Source: Phaeosaccion multiseriatum
Taxonomy: Eukaryota; Protista; Ochrophyta, other classes
Direction: 5' to 3'
NCBI GenBank assembly: GCA_965112735.1
Contig: OZ218952.1
Span: 3,100,001-3,164,000, forward strand
Length of the DNA stretch: 64,000 bases
In this document: positions 60,691 to 64,000 of the stretch, in pieces
Layout: every line of letters begins with the position of its first letter
Position numbering within the stretch: the stretch's first letter is position 1
Notes under the pieces: generated by a model
What the model was told of the DNA's origin: nothing
Databases searched by the model: none
What the model saw: only the letters and a program-made list of their open reading frames with translations
Program-made: the position numbers and the translations under genes

Positions 60691-61027
60691 AGTTGACAGC
60701 GACAAAGAGTCTCCCAGTGTTGTGTGTTAGAGAGACAGCTACAAAGAGTCTCCCAGTGTTGTGTGTTGGCAGCAGAGACAGCCCCCCAGTGCAGCCGTGA
60801 CAGCCGTTACAAGATAGGGTTGGGGTGGAGTGGCAGCTAAGTGGAAGTGTACGGAGCACGAATAGAAAACTGCGAAGGAGGGAAGGGAAGCTTGTGTGTG
60901 ATAAGTATATTGCCCTTTTTATTTGGTTTAGTGGCCCGCTTCTATGGTCTGTGCGCCAAGAGCAGCGTTGGTGGCCTTTTTGTTCTTTTCCCTTTGTATA
61001 TTACAATTTCCCCCCCTAGTACGACTC

Positions 61028-61084
<57 letters not shown>

Positions 61085-61276
61085 TACACTACTGCAAAGA
61101 AAACCAACAGTGTCGTCGTTGGTGCTCCATGCGCATGTCTCCTCCTTTCCCTTGAGTGCAGTCTCTCCGCAGAAGCTCTGGTTGGGTTAGTTTGTTCCTG
61201 TGTCGTTAGCCAGAAACACGCCTCTACATAGCTGCGCTCAACCTCCCCTGAGGGGAAGTCCGTTTAACCTGGGCCC

Positions 61277-62761
61277 TCAGTCCTGGTGCTTGTTGTTGTG
61301 ATGGTTGTGGTGAGGGGGCCCACCATGTCCACTGTGGGGTCCGCTTCCTCCAGGGCCGTGTCCGTGCGGGCCATATCCGTGCGGGGCTCCGTGGCGGTGC
61401 GGGGGGCCATTCATGTCCACCATACCCTCCCCATTGGGGTGGGGGTGGTGGGCATGCCTTCCGCCTCCCTTTCCTCCAGAGCCTTGCGGTCCGTGCCTGT
61501 GGGGTGCGTGGCGGTGCGGGGGTCCATCGATGCCCTCTCCAGCAGAGGGCGAACTGTGAGCTCCTCCACGGGGGTGAGGATGATGAGGATGATGTCGACC
61601 CCCTCCCCTTCCTCCTCCGAAGCCGTGCGGGGCTTCACCAATGTCCTCCATGCTCTCTCCACGGAGCCCCATTCCGCCAGCAAAGGACGAACGGGGGCGC
61701 TGGTGAGGGTGAGGGTGAGGAAGCCTCCTGCCTCCTCCTCCTCCAGGGCCGTGTTCGTGCGGGCCGTGTTTGTGCGGGGGTCCGTGGCGGTGCGGGGAGC
61801 CATCCATATCCACCATACCCTCCCCATTGGGGTGGGGGTGGTGGGCATGCCTTCCGCCTTCCTGTGCTCCAGGCCCATGGGGGAAGTGGTGAGGAGGGGG
61901 GCCATCCCTGTCCCTGAGGGGGGCATCGTTGAGGCTCATGTTCTCCAGCCCCATGTCAGCGTGCGGACCTCCGTGGGGGTGGCGGTGCGGGTGGGGGGGG
62001 GTGCCATGTCTTCCGCCTCCCCTTCCTTCAGGTCCACGGGGGTGGTGGTGAGGGGGGCCATCGTTGAGGCTCATGTGCTCCAACGAATTGCCTAGGCCCA
62101 TGTCACCAGCGTGCGGGTGGGGGCGGTGGACACCTTTCCCCCTACCGCGACCACCACGGCGGGGTGCTCCACGGTCATGGCCGGGGCATCCTCCCTGCCG
62201 AGCTCCTCCTCCGTGCTGAGTGCGGCGCAGAGCGAAGCGGTGAAAGTCTCTGAGCTTCTCTTTGTCGATGAGCCCCAGATTGGCGAAGCGGCCGGGGAGC
62301 ACCTTGAGGGCCTGGAGGAGAGTCAGTGCCTCGATATTGCTGTGCACCCCGCCACCCATGCCCTTGACGAGCACAGAGAGCAGCGTCCCAGCAGCGGCCT
62401 CGTCATTCTCCATGCAGTCTCCGCACCAGTCCCAGGAACTTTCCTCCACTGGAAAGTCGGCGGCGTCTTTCATCGCCTCCTTGAGCTGCTGCCCCTTTAT
62501 CAGCTGAGCGCCCTTCAGGCGACACACCGGCAGCTGCACGAGACGCAGGAAGCGCCACAGCTGAGTGGGGGTCAGGCCTAGCCCGAAGCTGTCCTCCAGA
62601 GTCGCGGTGGCGGAGCGGAGGAGGTCAGATGCCTCAGGGTCAGCGTCCAGCGATGCGTGGAGAGCGGCCAAGCGCGTGTTCATCGAAAGGGGGGCGCACT
62701 CGGCGATGTCCTCCTCCTGTTGCGTGTTCATCTCGTTCTCGTTCTTGTTGTTGAGCGTCAT
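61277..62761 (-). CDS. His/Gly/Pro-rich-tail protein, copy B (494 aa)
   Basis: Near-identical N-terminal domain to 2790-3896; longer N-terminus and internally duplicated tail; first ATG at 62761. Confidence 0.8.
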   Translation of the reverse strand: MTLNNKNENEMNTQQEEDIAECAPLSMNTRLAALHASLDADPEASDLLRSATATLEDSFGLGLTPTQLWRFLRLVQLPVCRLKGAQLIKGQQLKEAMKDAADFPVEESSWDWCGDCMENDEAAAGTLLSVLVKGMGGGVHSNIEALTLLQALKVLPGRFANLGLIDKEKLRDFHRFALRRTQHGGGARQGGCPGHDRGAPRRGGRGRGKGVHRPHPHAGDMGLGNSLEHMSLNDGPPHHHPRGPEGRGGGRHGTPPHPHRHPHGGPHADMGLENMSLNDAPLRDRDGPPPHHFPHGPGAQEGGRHAHHPHPNGEGMVDMDGSPHRHGPPHKHGPHEHGPGGGGGRRLPHPHPHQRPRSSFAGGMGLRGESMEDIGEAPHGFGGGRGGGRHHPHHPHPRGGAHSSPSAGEGIDGPPHRHAPHRHGPQGSGGKGGGRHAHHPHPNGEGMVDMNGPPHRHGAPHGYGPHGHGPGGSGPHSGHGGPPHHNHHNNKHQD

Positions 62762-62916
62762 GTTGTTCAACGTATGTGCGAAAGTGACACCCAGAAGAAG
62801 AAGAGGCGGGGAAGAGAACGGGATTGTTCGTCGTTACAGAAATTGAATTGAAACTCAAACTTCAAACTTGGTCGTGAATTGAATACAATCCGCAATCCGT
62901 GAAGTAAGGCAACAGC

Positions 62917-63462
62917 ATGGCATCACGCAAGCTCTGTTTCTTCCTTCTGCCTCTTGTTCTTCTTCTGCGCTCATCCCTTGGGCATGGCATAATACAGACT
63001 GGCAATCTCGTCCGTGAAGGCGAGCTTGGCCTGCTGCCGCTTCAGCTTACAAGGAGGGGGGACCAGGTCATTCTCGACACTCAAGTGCAGGGCTCGGGCC
63101 AGCTCAACACGATGAATAGAACCCAAAGAACAATTAAAGGGTCCCTCTTCATCCTGAACGGTCTGATGCTCGCCTCAGTACCAGTGGTCTGGCCGGCGGC
63201 GGCGATGTCCGGCATTATGGCAATGAATGGACCAGAGGGCGGTAAACAGCCGCTCTCGCACCACCTGATGTACTACTGGGGACTCCTCTATCCGGTGCCG
63301 ATCTTGATCGGCGCTGCAGGAGTTTTTAGGCACCGGGCAGACGAGACCCTTCGGCTGTTGCTGCGGTACACGGGCATCGCGCTGCTGAGCCCGGTTGGAA
63401 TACCTGCAGTCATTCTCGCCCTGAGCGTTTTCTGCCACGGCAACTTCGATTGTAAAACCTAA
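62917..63462 (+). CDS. Intronless small membrane protein, copy B
   Basis: 181 aa, near-identical to 2128-2661 except for a central ~28-aa block and the last residues. Confidence 0.72.
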   Translation: MASRKLCFFLLPLVLLLRSSLGHGIIQTGNLVREGELGLLPLQLTRRGDQVILDTQVQGSGQLNTMNRTQRTIKGSLFILNGLMLASVPVVWPAAAMSGIMAMNGPEGGKQPLSHHLMYYWGLLYPVPILIGAAGVFRHRADETLRLLLRYTGIALLSPVGIPAVILALSVFCHGNFDCKT

Positions 63463-64000
63463 ACCTAGGTAGCAGTGATAAGCGGAGAGAAAGATACTGA
63501 AGAGTCTGGACGTCAAACAGGTGCGGAGCCTTCGTGGGCTTGCAGGCGAGACTTTGGAGCTTCATTTTTCCAATTGGATTTTGACGGAGAGCGAGCGGCT
63601 CAGGTGTGAAAAAGCCGAGTGCGCTTTCCGGTGGAAGAAATGACGGAACGGCTTACTACGGATCACCTTGCGGAACGTGATGGTGCGGAGCGAGGTTGGA
63701 AAGGCCGGACAATCAGCGGATTGCTCTTTAGTGGGTGCAGAATCACAGGCAGGCAGCGGCGACCTTGGGTGCGAGGGCAGCAGGCAAAGTAGGCTAAGGT
63801 CAGCCCCATGCAGAGAGAAGACTGCGGTGGAGGCAAAGGAGGTACTTTTTTGCGAGGGTACGATCATCAGTGGCGCTGACACGACAGCTACGGATGCGAC
63901 GTCTGAAGGTATCGACAGCACGACTATCGGCGTGGCTGTGACTATGCGTGTATTCTGATGCCCTTGCAGGACAAGGCAAGAATGTCGAAGTTGGACACAT

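Larger units (their letters stand above)
60895..64000. repeat. Right arm of large inverted duplication (partner 1601-4180), truncated by the window end
   Basis: Reverse complement aligns with the left arm by eye; contains both paralogous genes. Confidence 0.93.

Noticed and set aside
1601-64000. Giant transposon or endogenous virus with terminal inverted repeats
   Set aside because: No transposase, integrase, polymerase or capsid gene recognised; the interior consists of spliced housekeeping genes.
16-64000. Hundreds of poly-L/C/S/R/P and THSL/GGRE/TDRQ ORFs in the supplied track
   Set aside because: They are translations of microsatellites or antisense shadows of GC-rich exons.

Overview
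Eukaryotic, intron-rich, gene-dense DNA, most likely a photosynthetic stramenopile (inferred from a bipartite signal-peptide + 'SSG|FHV' plastid-type leader on MnmG). Introns are GT-AG and are filled with simple repeats, so most ORFs in the supplied track are artefacts; the gene models below were assembled by hand from splice sites and recognisable motifs, without database searches. Gene order: 3' end of a biotin-dependent carboxylase alpha subunit (PCCA-like); a small membrane protein / His-Gly-Pro-rich protein pair; R3HDM4-like; AdoMet decarboxylase with a 48-codon uORF; LSM14; ankyrin-DENN; a TPR-like protein; a tandem CCCH zinc finger; a WW/coiled-coil protein; an unknown membrane protein; DCN1-like; FAMeT-like/NCBP3; TFIIB-like; importin-11; MnmG/MTO1; then a second, inverted copy of the membrane/His-rich pair. 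Most notable: (1) five copies of a 36-nt element downstream of the CCCH gene, each folding on the minus strand into an 11-bp hairpin with an invariant CUGGA loop (Smaug/Vts1-recognition-element-like), followed by a second small hairpin; (2) inverted-repeat arms of at least 2.6 kb bracketing ~57 kb of core genes, whose paralogs differ sharply in one loop; (3) the AdoMetDC uORF; (4) an intron made of branch-point repeats and flanked by a 19-nt direct repeat; (5) an 18-nt motif dispersed through exons in different frames and at splice sites; (6) tandem duplications that multiply donor sites in mnmG. No cas gene, transposase, rRNA or tRNA was recognised.
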